A DNA stretch of 64,000 bases from a virus: positions 21,700 through 85,699 of the IMG/VR virus record IMGVR_UViG_3300028030_000008. The stretch is one strand, 5' to 3'. A program made the position numbers and the translations under genes. Each line of letters opens with the position of its first letter. Positions within the stretch are counted from its first letter, which is position 1. Shown piece by piece: positions 38,281-47,827 of the stretch. The notes under the pieces are model-generated. The model did not search any database. It had not been told where the DNA came from and saw only the letters and a program-made list of their open reading frames with translations.

Positions 38281-39430
38281 TCAGGTAGTAAACGGGGATT
38301 GCCTTAAAATAGTAAAGACGTTTCCTGAAAACAACATAGACAGTATTATCACCGATCCTCCGTACCACTTGAAATCAATTGTCGAAAGGTTTGGCAAGAA
38401 AAGCTCTGTGCCAGCGCAGTATGGCAAGGACGGTAGTTTTGCTAGACTGTCCGGTGGATTTATGGGTATGAAGTGGGACGGTGGTGATATTGCTTTCCGC
38501 CCTGAAACGTGGGCTGAGTTTCTTCGAGTGGCGAAGCCCGGTGCGACATTGATGAGCTTTGGTGGGACAAGAACGTTTCATCGTATTGCCTGCGCTATTG
38601 AGGATGCTGGTTGGATTATCTACGATACGATTATGTGGGTTTACCTGACTGGTATGCCAAAGTCCAGAGACATCGGTAAAGACATAGACCGCACACTAGG
38701 TTTCGAGAGGGAGGTAATTGAAACCAGAGCGCAGGGTGGGGCAAAATTCAGGGCGACGCAGGAGTTGATTGACAACGGCGGCTTCAACGATCCGAGCAGA
38801 ACTGAATATCAAGTAACTGCGCCTGCTTCCGATGAAGCAAAAGTGTGGGACGGATATGGCACTGGATTATCTCCTGCATTTGAACCCATCATTGTTGCGA
38901 GAAAGCCGGTTGACGAGACTTACGCCAAAAACGCCTTAGAGTGGGGTGTTGCTGGACTAAACATAGAGGCGGGAAGATTAAATGGCAATTGGGCCAAGAA
39001 CGTGATTTTGTCTGAGGAGTTTGCTAACGCCATTGGAGATTTGTCCAGTTTCTTCTATTGCCCAAAACCTTCAATTAAAGAAAAAGAGGCTGGATTAAAA
39101 GATTTTGCTCCGAAGAAAGTTGACCCATCTAGGCTTGAGGGAAATCCGGGCGGCGACAACCCAAGAAATAGAGGAGTGAATAAACGCAAAAATACTCACC
39201 CATCGGTAAAGCCGATAAAACTATTAGAATATTTAGTTAAGCTCACGAAAACACCGACGGGTGGTATTGTTCTTGACCCGTTTGCCGGTTCAGGAACGAC
39301 AGGTGTTGCTTGTAAAATGCAAGGCCGTCCGTATATTTTAATCGACCAAAGTGAAGAATATTGCAAAATTGCAGAAGCAAGGATAGCTGCATATCATACA
39401 GCAGTGCAGGCATCTTTGTTTGACATCTAA
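38261..39430 (+). CDS. N6-adenine-type DNA methyltransferase (beta class)
   Basis: TDPPY, HPSVKP, DPFAGSGTT. Confidence 0.92.
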   Translation: MKLLQTNQVVNGDCLKIVKTFPENNIDSIITDPPYHLKSIVERFGKKSSVPAQYGKDGSFARLSGGFMGMKWDGGDIAFRPETWAEFLRVAKPGATLMSFGGTRTFHRIACAIEDAGWIIYDTIMWVYLTGMPKSRDIGKDIDRTLGFEREVIETRAQGGAKFRATQELIDNGGFNDPSRTEYQVTAPASDEAKVWDGYGTGLSPAFEPIIVARKPVDETYAKNALEWGVAGLNIEAGRLNGNWAKNVILSEEFANAIGDLSSFFYCPKPSIKEKEAGLKDFAPKKVDPSRLEGNPGGDNPRNRGVNKRKNTHPSVKPIKLLEYLVKLTKTPTGGIVLDPFAGSGTTGVACKMQGRPYILIDQSEEYCKIAEARIAAYHTAVQASLFDI

Positions 39431-39441
39431 AGGAGATTACA

Positions 39442-40005
39442 ATGAGAACATGTCCGTTATGTAGTCATCAATTTAGCCGCGCAAAAACGGTAGAGCCACG
39501 AAGTAAGTTCCATTATTGTCCAAGTTGCAACGGGGTGATTTACTACGATAAGAAGAAAACGCTAGGAAGAAAGCAAGGAGAGCGTATTGAGGAAGAAAAA
39601 GCGGCTGCTAATAAAATAGTCGAAACGTTTGAAAAAAGAGCGTCAAGTGTTCGTCAAGCTCCCTTTTACTTCGAGGGCGCTGCGAGAGTAAAAGAACTTG
39701 CAATGGCAAGAAATTTCATTGCCAAGTGTCGTACTTATATAAGCCGCTCCTCCTTGAACGGAAAGATTACAGCCTCAGACTTTGCATTAAGGATGGTGGA
39801 ATTTGTGTTCTCTGACAGTAGATGGGGGTGGATGGCTCAAGTGGCTAGTGGGCTATCCTCGATTATGGGGGTAAAGTTTGCTTCTATTGCGTCTGATTTG
39901 ACACGCTTGGTCAGTATAGAGATTACCAGAAGTGAAGCTGTTAGCAGGCGAATGAATTACCGCCCACCCGTAAATTTCAGTTCTGTGACCTATGCGGTTA
40001 TTTAA
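39442..40005 (+). CDS. Zn-ribbon protein, possible replication initiator/loader
   Basis: CPLC..CPSC; directly upstream of DnaB-like gene. Confidence 0.45.
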   Translation: MRTCPLCSHQFSRAKTVEPRSKFHYCPSCNGVIYYDKKKTLGRKQGERIEEEKAAANKIVETFEKRASSVRQAPFYFEGAARVKELAMARNFIAKCRTYISRSSLNGKITASDFALRMVEFVFSDSRWGWMAQVASGLSSIMGVKFASIASDLTRLVSIEITRSEAVSRRMNYRPPVNFSSVTYAVI

Positions 40006-41074
40006 TCCAACAATCAGTGGCCTTGTCGCCGCAACAGAGGAAGATTGGGGCGATACTAAACAAAATGTCGAAGATGCGATACGGTATCGCATTAAGCCAA
40101 TTGACGACGCCTTGTTTGGTATCAACATGAGAGACGGCGAAATGATAGGCGTCCACGCCGTCAAAAAGATGAGAAAGTCAACTCTTGTCCTCAATCTTGT
40201 TCTAGGTTTTGCTCATCAGCTAAAGGGAAGGTCGGAGGGGTATTGGGTGTGCGCCGACACACTGGAATCCGGTATGCCACCACAGGCGTATCGAGACAGC
40301 CTTATCGCTATGGCTGCTACAAGGTTGCTTGTGTCTAGGTTTTACGGGAATGACAGGGATAAATGGCCTAGCGTTGAAACGATAAAGGCTCACCCAGAGC
40401 TTGGCCCGATGATGAACATATCTCGTGAGTTTTTCTTGTACGGGAGACGAACACCGGAACAACAGGAGGCAATCGAACTTGCGAAAAGAGCGGTTGCAAG
40501 TATGCCAATCTCAATATTTGGCGCGGCGTCTTTTCAGGGAAAAACACGGAACGTTGATGCTACGGTAAAACGGTGGTCTGAGTTATATCACGGGAAGTAT
40601 ATTCATCGTCACAAGATTGGTGGCGAGATTAAAGAAGTTGATATGACTGGCTTGCATCATAGAATATTTAGCACTGACCACATTTCTCAACTATCAGGCT
40701 TTGGTGCATCGTCTTTCGAGATGCAAGAGACGGTTGTCAGTAAGTACGCTGAATTTTGCACTGAGCATCCTGGCTCTGTTGTTATTGCTGTTGGACAGAT
40801 TGGCTCTAGCTCTGCTAAAGACGAGAAGCGCGGCTTCGGAGATGCAAACACAAAGGGTGGTACTGCCCTTGCTGCCGAAGTGACGGTTTTATTCCGTACT
40901 GAATACGATAAGGACAAGTCACCGTTCAAAATGAAGATTTGGGTGCAAGATACGCGCAAAAGGCCGCCGCCGCCGATTATTCAGGATATAGATGACCAGT
41001 CTGGCGCGTTTCTTGGGACAAGAGTTGCAAGGAATGGAGAGGAAGGTGGTGTAAGGATAGATAGAAGATATTAA
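39992..41074 (+). CDS. DnaB/RecA-fold helicase-like protein, degenerate Walker A
   Basis: IDDALFG..GEMIGVHAVKKMRKSTL, TLES, TDHIS, VGQ. Confidence 0.6.
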   Translation: MRLFNPTISGLVAATEEDWGDTKQNVEDAIRYRIKPIDDALFGINMRDGEMIGVHAVKKMRKSTLVLNLVLGFAHQLKGRSEGYWVCADTLESGMPPQAYRDSLIAMAATRLLVSRFYGNDRDKWPSVETIKAHPELGPMMNISREFFLYGRRTPEQQEAIELAKRAVASMPISIFGAASFQGKTRNVDATVKRWSELYHGKYIHRHKIGGEIKEVDMTGLHHRIFSTDHISQLSGFGASSFEMQETVVSKYAEFCTEHPGSVVIAVGQIGSSSAKDEKRGFGDANTKGGTALAAEVTVLFRTEYDKDKSPFKMKIWVQDTRKRPPPPIIQDIDDQSGAFLGTRVARNGEEGGVRIDRRY

Positions 41075-41131
41075 CCTTTAGCAATAATTTCCTGTATTAG
41101 TTTTGACAATAAATGAAAGGAGGTGTACAAT

Positions 41132-41368
41132 ATGGGTGTGAGACAGACTAGATTACCTAAAGGTGTGAAAGCAAGACCAATTACGGCGAATTTACCGGAG
41201 GATTTGTATAATCGCCTGCTTGAGCTTGCGCGTAAAAATAGACGCTCCATGAGCGCCGAGGCTACTTTTGCAATCGAGGAGTACCTTAGCGAATACGAAT
41301 GGGCGACTAACAAGCCTTGGATAACTAAAAATTCTTTTGACAAAACCCCCGCCATAGAAGATAAATAG
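41132..41368 (+). CDS. Arc/RHH DNA-binding protein
   Basis: ITANLPEDLYNRLLELARKNRRSMSAEA; promoter TTGACA(41103)-17-TACAAT. Confidence 0.8.
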   Translation: MGVRQTRLPKGVKARPITANLPEDLYNRLLELARKNRRSMSAEATFAIEEYLSEYEWATNKPWITKNSFDKTPAIEDK

Positions 41369-41575
41369 CCCTCCGCCCCAACCATCGCGGGGGCGATGAG
41401 TGGGCGCGGATAAACGCGATTGCTTGCAACGCGCATCCTCTCGATGATTTTGACCGTTTCTGCTGCTGTGATTACGCCCTGGTTTTGGCCTCCGGGGAAA
41501 CGAGGCAGGGGAGAGTCGTAGCCGTAGGAATACGGCGCGTGTACACAGAAACCGAGCATGTTAAGCGACTGGCTG
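41368..41575 (+). ncRNA. Unidentified structured RNA, copy B (interrupted by IS; 3' end at about 42936-42946)
   Basis: Homologous blocks to 26280 copy; several hairpins. Confidence 0.6.
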
Positions 41576-42935
41576 GTCAACTACATATCGACTAAAAGTC
41601 GGTAACTTGCCCGTCCGGTTGAAAACCGGCTAAAGAATTAGCCGAACCAGCGTGCTTAAGGGGCGGTTGACACGCCCCATCACCGACCAGGTCTTGCCTG
41701 GCGATGATACCGCGCAATCTAATGTTGCGGGCGGCATTTAGGTCAGAATTAGCAGAGTAACCGCAAGCTCCACACTTAAAATTATGACGCTTACGATTAG
41801 ACTTGGCAACAAAACCGCATACAGAACAACCCTGAGACGTGTGCTTTGGATCAATCTTGATGACCTCAAAGCCTTCGCTTCTGGCTTTGTAGCTAATAAA
41901 TTCATCAAGTTGATAGAAAGCCCATTGATTAAGGTCAGTACGGAACGCCTTACGCAGTTTGCGTCCCTTCCTGATACCCTTCAAATCTTCAAGGGCAATC
42001 ATTGGGTCGCCAGTCTCTTTAGCAAACTCAATAATGCGCTTACTGATAACGTGATTTGTATTCTTGGTAAAACGCGCTTGCTTTCCGCTTTGCCGTTTCA
42101 GAACGCGCCTGATGGAGCGCGTGTTCTTCTGTGCCTTCTTCCTTTGGAGGCTAGAGCGCGTTTTTTGATAGCGACCTCTAACGTGTTTCGTTTGACCGCC
42201 GCCAAAAAACAAACTACGTTTACCATCGGTCACAACAGCAAGATTGTTAATCCCCCTGTCAATACCGATAACCGCATCATTTGGCTTGCTAATTTCCGCT
42301 ACTTCCTTTTTGAACGTTACGGAAAGAAATACGCCGCGCCTGGAAACGTGAAGCCTTGCATCTCCAAGCTGCCAATCAGCAAGATATTCTTGCAACTTGG
42401 GTTCACCCTGAAATGTGACCCCTTTAATTCTGCCTGCGGTAGTCCAGATACTAAGGCCGGTTTTCTTGAAACCGAAGTCCCGTTCACGCGCCCCGCCTTG
42501 AAGCACAACCGCCGCATTTTTGAAATGTATTGGCTTCTTTGGCATCTTTTTGGCGGTACGCATTGCCTTGTACTTGGATGTAACGAACCTGAACAGGCTG
42601 CCAGTTACTTGCGCGGACAATCCGTAATCGGCCTTAACCTGATGGTAAATCAGCTTATGCAGCTTTACAGGATTAAGGATATTACCATTATCAAAAGCTA
42701 CCTTACTGGCAAAGTTACAAGCATCATTCCATGCCCTGATAGTGTCAATGGCGGTTTGCCTGTCAAGATTTATTTTAATCTTTGTAGCGCGTATAATATC
42801 CATATAGTAATTATAGCACAAGCTATAGGGATATGCAAATATATTATTGCGAGGCTGGGAAGTTACCCAAACTACGGGCGACCCGCTATCCCCCGTATCG
42901 CTTAAAGGCGGTAGTTCCTCGCGGGGGGAAAGACT
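41576..42935 (-). mobile_element. Non-autonomous IS200/IS605-family (tnpB-only) element
   Basis: Right end hairpin CGACT-ttt-AGTCG then GTAGTTGAC; left-end-like hairpin about 42885-42930; no tnpA; left boundary approximate. Confidence 0.75.
41592..42803 (-). CDS. tnpB: TnpB RNA-guided nuclease
   Basis: IGIDRG, IALEDL, TSQGCSVCG..CGACG, NSDLNAARNI; RuvC D-E-D intact. Confidence 0.95.
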   Translation of the reverse strand: MDIIRATKIKINLDRQTAIDTIRAWNDACNFASKVAFDNGNILNPVKLHKLIYHQVKADYGLSAQVTGSLFRFVTSKYKAMRTAKKMPKKPIHFKNAAVVLQGGARERDFGFKKTGLSIWTTAGRIKGVTFQGEPKLQEYLADWQLGDARLHVSRRGVFLSVTFKKEVAEISKPNDAVIGIDRGINNLAVVTDGKRSLFFGGGQTKHVRGRYQKTRSSLQRKKAQKNTRSIRRVLKRQSGKQARFTKNTNHVISKRIIEFAKETGDPMIALEDLKGIRKGRKLRKAFRTDLNQWAFYQLDEFISYKARSEGFEVIKIDPKHTSQGCSVCGFVAKSNRKRHNFKCGACGYSANSDLNAARNIRLRGIIARQDLVGDGACQPPLKHAGSANSLAGFQPDGQVTDF

Positions 42936-42972
42936 ATAGAGAGGGTGCGCCCGTTGGTTGAAAGGAGTGCAA

Positions 42973-43602
42973 ATGAATACATACCATAAAATTCAAACCG
43001 TTTTTAAGCGAGACCCAAATAACAAATACAAGACACTGTTACTCGGCGAATACGCATTAAGGGAATTTGAGTATCTTGCCAACAACGAGTGGGTTTTCAC
43101 TGAAAAGATTGATGGTACAAACATCAGAGTGATGTTCGATGGAGAAAGAATTACATTTGGCGGCAAAACTGACCGCGCTCAAATTCCAGCGCCTCTTGTT
43201 GCCCGGTTGAATGAGGTGTTTTTACCGGAGACAAGCTTATTCAAGGAAAAGTTCCCTGATGGAGTATGTCTGTACGGGGAGGGGTATGGCGCAAAAATCC
43301 AGAAAGGTGGAGGAAACTATCGCCAAGACCAAGACTTTGTTTTGTTTGATGTAAAAATTGGAGATTGGTGGTTACAGCGCGAGGATGTTCACCAAATAGC
43401 AATTGAGCTCGGGATTGACGTTGTGCCAATTATTGGCAGTGGAACGTTGCCGGAAATGGTTGATATTGTTTCTAGGGGATTTAATTCGACTTGGGGTGAT
43501 TTTGTTGCGGAAGGCATTGTTGCTCGCCCGAAAGTAGAATTAAAAACTCGTGGCGGTAATCGAATTATCACAAAAATAAAGCACAAAGATTTCACGAAAT
43601 GA
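42973..43602 (+). CDS. RNA ligase (Rnl2-like nucleotidyltransferase domain)
   Basis: TEKIDGTN, LYGEGYG, FVLFDV, AEGIVARP, TKIK. Confidence 0.85.
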   Translation: MNTYHKIQTVFKRDPNNKYKTLLLGEYALREFEYLANNEWVFTEKIDGTNIRVMFDGERITFGGKTDRAQIPAPLVARLNEVFLPETSLFKEKFPDGVCLYGEGYGAKIQKGGGNYRQDQDFVLFDVKIGDWWLQREDVHQIAIELGIDVVPIIGSGTLPEMVDIVSRGFNSTWGDFVAEGIVARPKVELKTRGGNRIITKIKHKDFTK

Positions 43603-44066
43603 GAAACATACCATTAGAACAAGTACAGCAACTAAATAGGCATGGTTATACATTTTGGGGCAAAGGAAGAAACCGCAAGTTAATCGCGCCGGACGGGTTT
43701 AGTATTAGCCCTAACGAGGCAATTGCCAATATCCGCAAAGAAATTGAGCAGCGCAGAGTTGCCATGCAGGTCAATATTGATGATGGCGACTTTGACTTGC
43801 GGAGCTACCGAAGAAGAAGACGGCGCGAGGTGATGGCGAGAGTTTCGAGACTAAATCTTGAACTTTTGAAAGTTGATTTGAACCTTGTTAAAAGTTCAGG
43901 TAAACCTTGCCGATGTGGTGGTGAGCATTACTCTTTAATTGTCGGTGATGCTGAATTGTGCCCTGTTAGAACTGGCTTGCAAATGGTAAGGTTGATGCTG
44001 AATGAGAAAATTGAGCGAGTAGATGATAATATAGTCAATCTATTGCTAATAAAAGCGAGGAGGTGA
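43599..44066 (+). CDS. Hypothetical protein
   Basis: Coupled ORF. Confidence 0.55.
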   Translation: MRNIPLEQVQQLNRHGYTFWGKGRNRKLIAPDGFSISPNEAIANIRKEIEQRRVAMQVNIDDGDFDLRSYRRRRRREVMARVSRLNLELLKVDLNLVKSSGKPCRCGGEHYSLIVGDAELCPVRTGLQMVRLMLNEKIERVDDNIVNLLLIKARR

Positions 44067-44266
44067 GTATGACGATGAACAGAGAGGAACTGACAGAATT
44101 GGTAAACGATCTTGACAAGCTGCACGATTTAATGCGTGCTATTTCATCTAGGATGACACAAGCCGATGGGGAAATGCTAGTACATGGGAGAGAGCTAGAT
44201 GGTGCATCACTGAAAATTCTCAGTTGGATTAAGGCTATTGAAGCTATACTGGATGGTGTGCAATGA
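44063..44266 (+). CDS. Small hypothetical protein
   Basis: GGAGG RBS. Confidence 0.5.
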   Translation: MSMTMNREELTELVNDLDKLHDLMRAISSRMTQADGEMLVHGRELDGASLKILSWIKAIEAILDGVQ

Positions 44267-45384
44267 AGTTCACAGTACCAGATATAAAAAAGTTCTATGA
44301 AGGGGTGAAAGAGGTTGAGGTTTCCACTAAAGGAGCGTTTGGGCAAGGATTGCTTATTGTTGCTACAGGTGGCCTTGTTACCGTTACCGGATACGGAGAT
44401 GGGACGTATGCAAAATATGTACAAAATGCAGATGTCTCCGTTGATGGGACGTGTGTAATTTCAACAATGAAGACACTGGACGCCTTGACCGGAGAGGCTA
44501 ACTTTAAGATTGCCAACAACCGCCTAAAGGTTACGACCAACGGGTATATCACGCTACCGATCACGAGCGACGATCCGAGCTTGTGGGATTTCGATATACC
44601 ACAAGAGCAGACTTATTTTCCTGCCGGAAACATCAAGGCGCTGACGCATATCCAAAGAGATGACACCGGAGCGAAGGTTGCGTGGGACAATGTGTTTGTG
44701 TGGGATGGCTTGGCGTTTTGTGTCAACTCAAACGCAATTGCGTTTGCTACGCAACCATCCGAGTATGATGGGGACATTGTGCCCATACATTTGTCTTTCG
44801 TTGACAAGCTAACCAAGGGTACAATGATTAGTGCGTCTGATGGTAGTGTGTGGGGTGTTCGTGATGTTGGCGACGGTGTGCTGACGATGAAGTATTCGAC
44901 AACCGAAATTAACACTGTCGCGCAAATGCTAAACAACCTAAAGTTTATGCACAATAAGGCAATTCTTGTGAGTAACGGTAAAGTTACTGGACACTACTGC
45001 AAGGTGCAAAAATCCGATATTGTCAATGCCCTCTTACTAGCCAGAGCGCAATGGACGCAATGGAGTGAAACGAAGGTCGGGTTGGTGTGGATTGAGTCTA
45101 CAGAGGATGGGCTAAATATCAAGTTGATTGATAAAAGCTCAGAGATGGACAGAACGATAGACTCGATATTTGGCGGAGAGCCATTTGGCGCTGTGTTTCA
45201 TTTGCAAAAAACGCTCCAATGCGCTCAAGCGCTACAAGGAGGGGAAATCACCTTGTACGGTGGATGGAATAGCGGGATGCCACTGTCGTTCACAGATGGC
45301 GTGTCTTCCCACATGATTTTCCACTCGGAATCCCCAGAGATAAAAATGTACCCGGAACGTGGAGCGTTCAATGTTGACACCTAG
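44263..45384 (+). CDS. Possible sliding clamp (beta)-like protein
   Basis: 373 aa, beta-rich, N-terminal pattern and replication context resemble DnaN; weak. Confidence 0.4.
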   Translation: MKFTVPDIKKFYEGVKEVEVSTKGAFGQGLLIVATGGLVTVTGYGDGTYAKYVQNADVSVDGTCVISTMKTLDALTGEANFKIANNRLKVTTNGYITLPITSDDPSLWDFDIPQEQTYFPAGNIKALTHIQRDDTGAKVAWDNVFVWDGLAFCVNSNAIAFATQPSEYDGDIVPIHLSFVDKLTKGTMISASDGSVWGVRDVGDGVLTMKYSTTEINTVAQMLNNLKFMHNKAILVSNGKVTGHYCKVQKSDIVNALLLARAQWTQWSETKVGLVWIESTEDGLNIKLIDKSSEMDRTIDSIFGGEPFGAVFHLQKTLQCAQALQGGEITLYGGWNSGMPLSFTDGVSSHMIFHSESPEIKMYPERGAFNVDT

Positions 45385-46873
45385 AAAGCGCAAAATACCA
45401 CTATCGCTAACCGAGCGCGTGAGGCGTGGTGACGATATTGGTATTCGGACTGATACTGACGCTGATTACATTTGCAAAAAGTGCTTTGATGATGGTGTTG
45501 CAAGTTGGACTTACAAGAAGAGTGGTAAGAAGTATTGCGCTATTTGTGGTGAAATCAAACAAAGAATCCATCGCTCTGTTTTAGAGCAAACCCCTGAGTT
45601 TAGGGGAACTTACGAAAGAGAATTAGTCGAAAGGCTACGAAAGGAGAGTAGTATGAATACAACGTTGGCAAGAAGTGTCGATGATGAAAGAAAGTTGGCA
45701 TTGTTCACCCAAGAGCGTATTTTGGAAGAAAAGAATAATATGCTTAAGGCGATGATTGTTCCGGCCAAGATAACAGACCCGGTGCAGCGAGATGCTGCCG
45801 CGATGATTTTGGCGGATTTCAAAGTAAATTGGGGTCTTAACGCTTTTGTTGGTGAAGTCTATATTATGGACTTAGGTAATGGAAAATGGGCTGCTCCAAT
45901 TGGATACAAGGGTTATATCAAAATTGCCAGACAGCAGGATGTAAAACTTGGACAAAGACATGTTCTTGGCAAGAGAGTAATTTTGAGCGAGGCGGAGATT
46001 ATCCAAGATAAAGCTCACTACTGCTCATTGTGCGGCGGTATTGGCACAATTGGAATTAACAAAAAATCCTGTTGGGTGTGCAACGGCAAGGGAGAGTTTG
46101 ACCCCAAAGATGTTATTGCTATTAAAGTACCATTGTATGTTATCGAAGATAAGGTTGCGGCAGAGGCAGCCGGTATTGAGTATGAACCAACATGGGGTCT
46201 TGGGGTGTGGCAGAAAGGAGCAAGTAATATCGCAAAAAGTAAGTCGCCTGCATGGGGCGCTTACAAGAACGCGGTCAAGGACGCTATTCGCAAAGCGTAC
46301 TCCCTCGACGACATAAGTATTGCTGGTCACAATGTTGCTATTGTAGATGCAGACACTTACGAGGGTAACGTTGTTGACAGCGAAGCAACTGTCGTTGACG
46401 AGAAGTATGATAAGCTTGACAGCGCCATTGAAGCTTCCGGTGTTGAGTATGACAACAAGGGAGCATTTATGAAATGGCTAAAGGAGAGAATATCGGCGTC
46501 AGACCTCTTTGGTGATTACGAAGAAATCCTGACAATTATGAATGACCTTGAGTTATCATATTTAACAAAAGACGAGCGTGCCTTAGCCCTAAAGGTTGGC
46601 GGTTGGAAAATGAATTACTACCCACTAGGTCGTGGCGTGTTCTTGCAACTCGTGAAAGATAAGCCAATAGACAGCGTGCTTAAAATGCTGATTGAGCTTG
46701 ATTTTAAAAAGCCAGCCGAGGTGTCTACTGCGTTGTATGGCAAAGAACTTAAAGCGCTTACGCCTGTCGAGGCCGCGAACTTGTGTTGGTTCTTGTCACA
46801 AGATAAGCAGAGCGAGCCAAATAAGAAGAAGGCAGTCGAGGCTACTGCGCTAGGAGAGATGCTTGAATGGTAG
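45371..46873 (+). CDS. RecT/Bet-like single-strand annealing protein (second start at 45653)
   Basis: GLNAFVGEVYI..IGYKGYIKIA..K.A...AIRKAY. Confidence 0.7.
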   Translation: MLTPRKRKIPLSLTERVRRGDDIGIRTDTDADYICKKCFDDGVASWTYKKSGKKYCAICGEIKQRIHRSVLEQTPEFRGTYERELVERLRKESSMNTTLARSVDDERKLALFTQERILEEKNNMLKAMIVPAKITDPVQRDAAAMILADFKVNWGLNAFVGEVYIMDLGNGKWAAPIGYKGYIKIARQQDVKLGQRHVLGKRVILSEAEIIQDKAHYCSLCGGIGTIGINKKSCWVCNGKGEFDPKDVIAIKVPLYVIEDKVAAEAAGIEYEPTWGLGVWQKGASNIAKSKSPAWGAYKNAVKDAIRKAYSLDDISIAGHNVAIVDADTYEGNVVDSEATVVDEKYDKLDSAIEASGVEYDNKGAFMKWLKERISASDLFGDYEEILTIMNDLELSYLTKDERALALKVGGWKMNYYPLGRGVFLQLVKDKPIDSVLKMLIELDFKKPAEVSTALYGKELKALTPVEAANLCWFLSQDKQSEPNKKKAVEATALGEMLEW

Positions 46874-47700
46874 ACACACTAACAACAAAGTCGACAATGG
46901 ACACTTACTTTGAGATGATTTCTGGTCAAGGGCTAAAGATAACATCTCAGCCAACAAAGGAGGCTTATCTTGAAATGGCGCACTTCCTGAGAAACGTGCG
47001 CCATACAACACGCTTGGCTTGGGGTTATCTCTTGGTTTCAATCCCAAAGAAGTACGGCGATACATATAATCAGGTGGCTGCAATTTCCGGTTATTCGCCG
47101 TCAACATTAGCCAACCTGAAATCAATTGCAAATCGTATTCCTGTTGAACGTGTTCCGCCCGGCCTGACAGATGGGCATTTGATAGCTGTGTGCGACCAGC
47201 GAGTACCGAGGGAAGTTGAGGATGAACTGCTACAGGCATGTGCGGACTCCGCTCATAGCGATGAAGGGCTGTGGACACCGGCGAGGTTTCGTCGAGAGAT
47301 AAAAGAAAGACTTGGATTGCCAGACACGCAAAGGTCATCTGCTACGCAAGATACAATGGAGGAGAACTATGAATTGAACTTGAAATTAGCGGAAGCGTCA
47401 AGGGTTGTTTTGCAAGCAACTCAACTTGTAGAGCAGATGGCAGCAGTAATTGACGACGCACCGCTCGGCCCAGAAGCAGAGGAGCTTTCGACAAAAGCTC
47501 AGAAGTTTGTGAGCGAGCCGTACCCTATGCCAGTTGAGATTGTTGGTGAATGGGAGTTCAAACAATCAGTAAAGGGAGGTGTAGTGCCTGTGTTTGTAGA
47601 AGAAACAGCAATTGGGAAGGTTAAACATGCGTCTGATATGGGATTGCCGGACGCAGCGATGCGTGACCTCGAAATGAGATTAGGAGTGAATAATGCTTGA
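46867..47700 (+). CDS. LmbU-like HTH DNA-binding protein
   Basis: WG..L..KYGDTY.Q.A..SGYS.STL.NL.SIA..R..LT..H. Confidence 0.55.
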   Translation: MVDTLTTKSTMDTYFEMISGQGLKITSQPTKEAYLEMAHFLRNVRHTTRLAWGYLLVSIPKKYGDTYNQVAAISGYSPSTLANLKSIANRIPVERVPPGLTDGHLIAVCDQRVPREVEDELLQACADSAHSDEGLWTPARFRREIKERLGLPDTQRSSATQDTMEENYELNLKLAEASRVVLQATQLVEQMAAVIDDAPLGPEAEELSTKAQKFVSEPYPMPVEIVGEWEFKQSVKGGVVPVFVEETAIGKVKHASDMGLPDAAMRDLEMRLGVNNA

Positions 47701-47827
47701 GATACCTTACATTTATGTCTCGTTTGCCTCTGGATTTTGCTTAGGGACAATGGCAATTCTAGGTTTAGCTTGGCTCGCCGCTCGCGATGCCAAAAAGAAA
47801 GACAACAAGAGAAAGGAGAAAGAATGA
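47693..47827 (+). CDS. Small membrane protein not in track
   Basis: AGGAG RBS; MLEIPYIYVSFASGFCLGTMAILGLAWLAARDAKKKDNKRKEKE. Confidence 0.5.
   Translation: MLEIPYIYVSFASGFCLGTMAILGLAWLAARDAKKKDNKRKEKE

Noticed and set aside
41784-42905. 373-aa plus-strand ORF
   Set aside because: Antisense shadow of tnpB, no RBS or motifs
41368-42946. IStron (group I intron + TnpB)
   Set aside because: Structured RNA lies outside the right end and probably on the opposite strand; no P7 GACUA/UAGUC pair found
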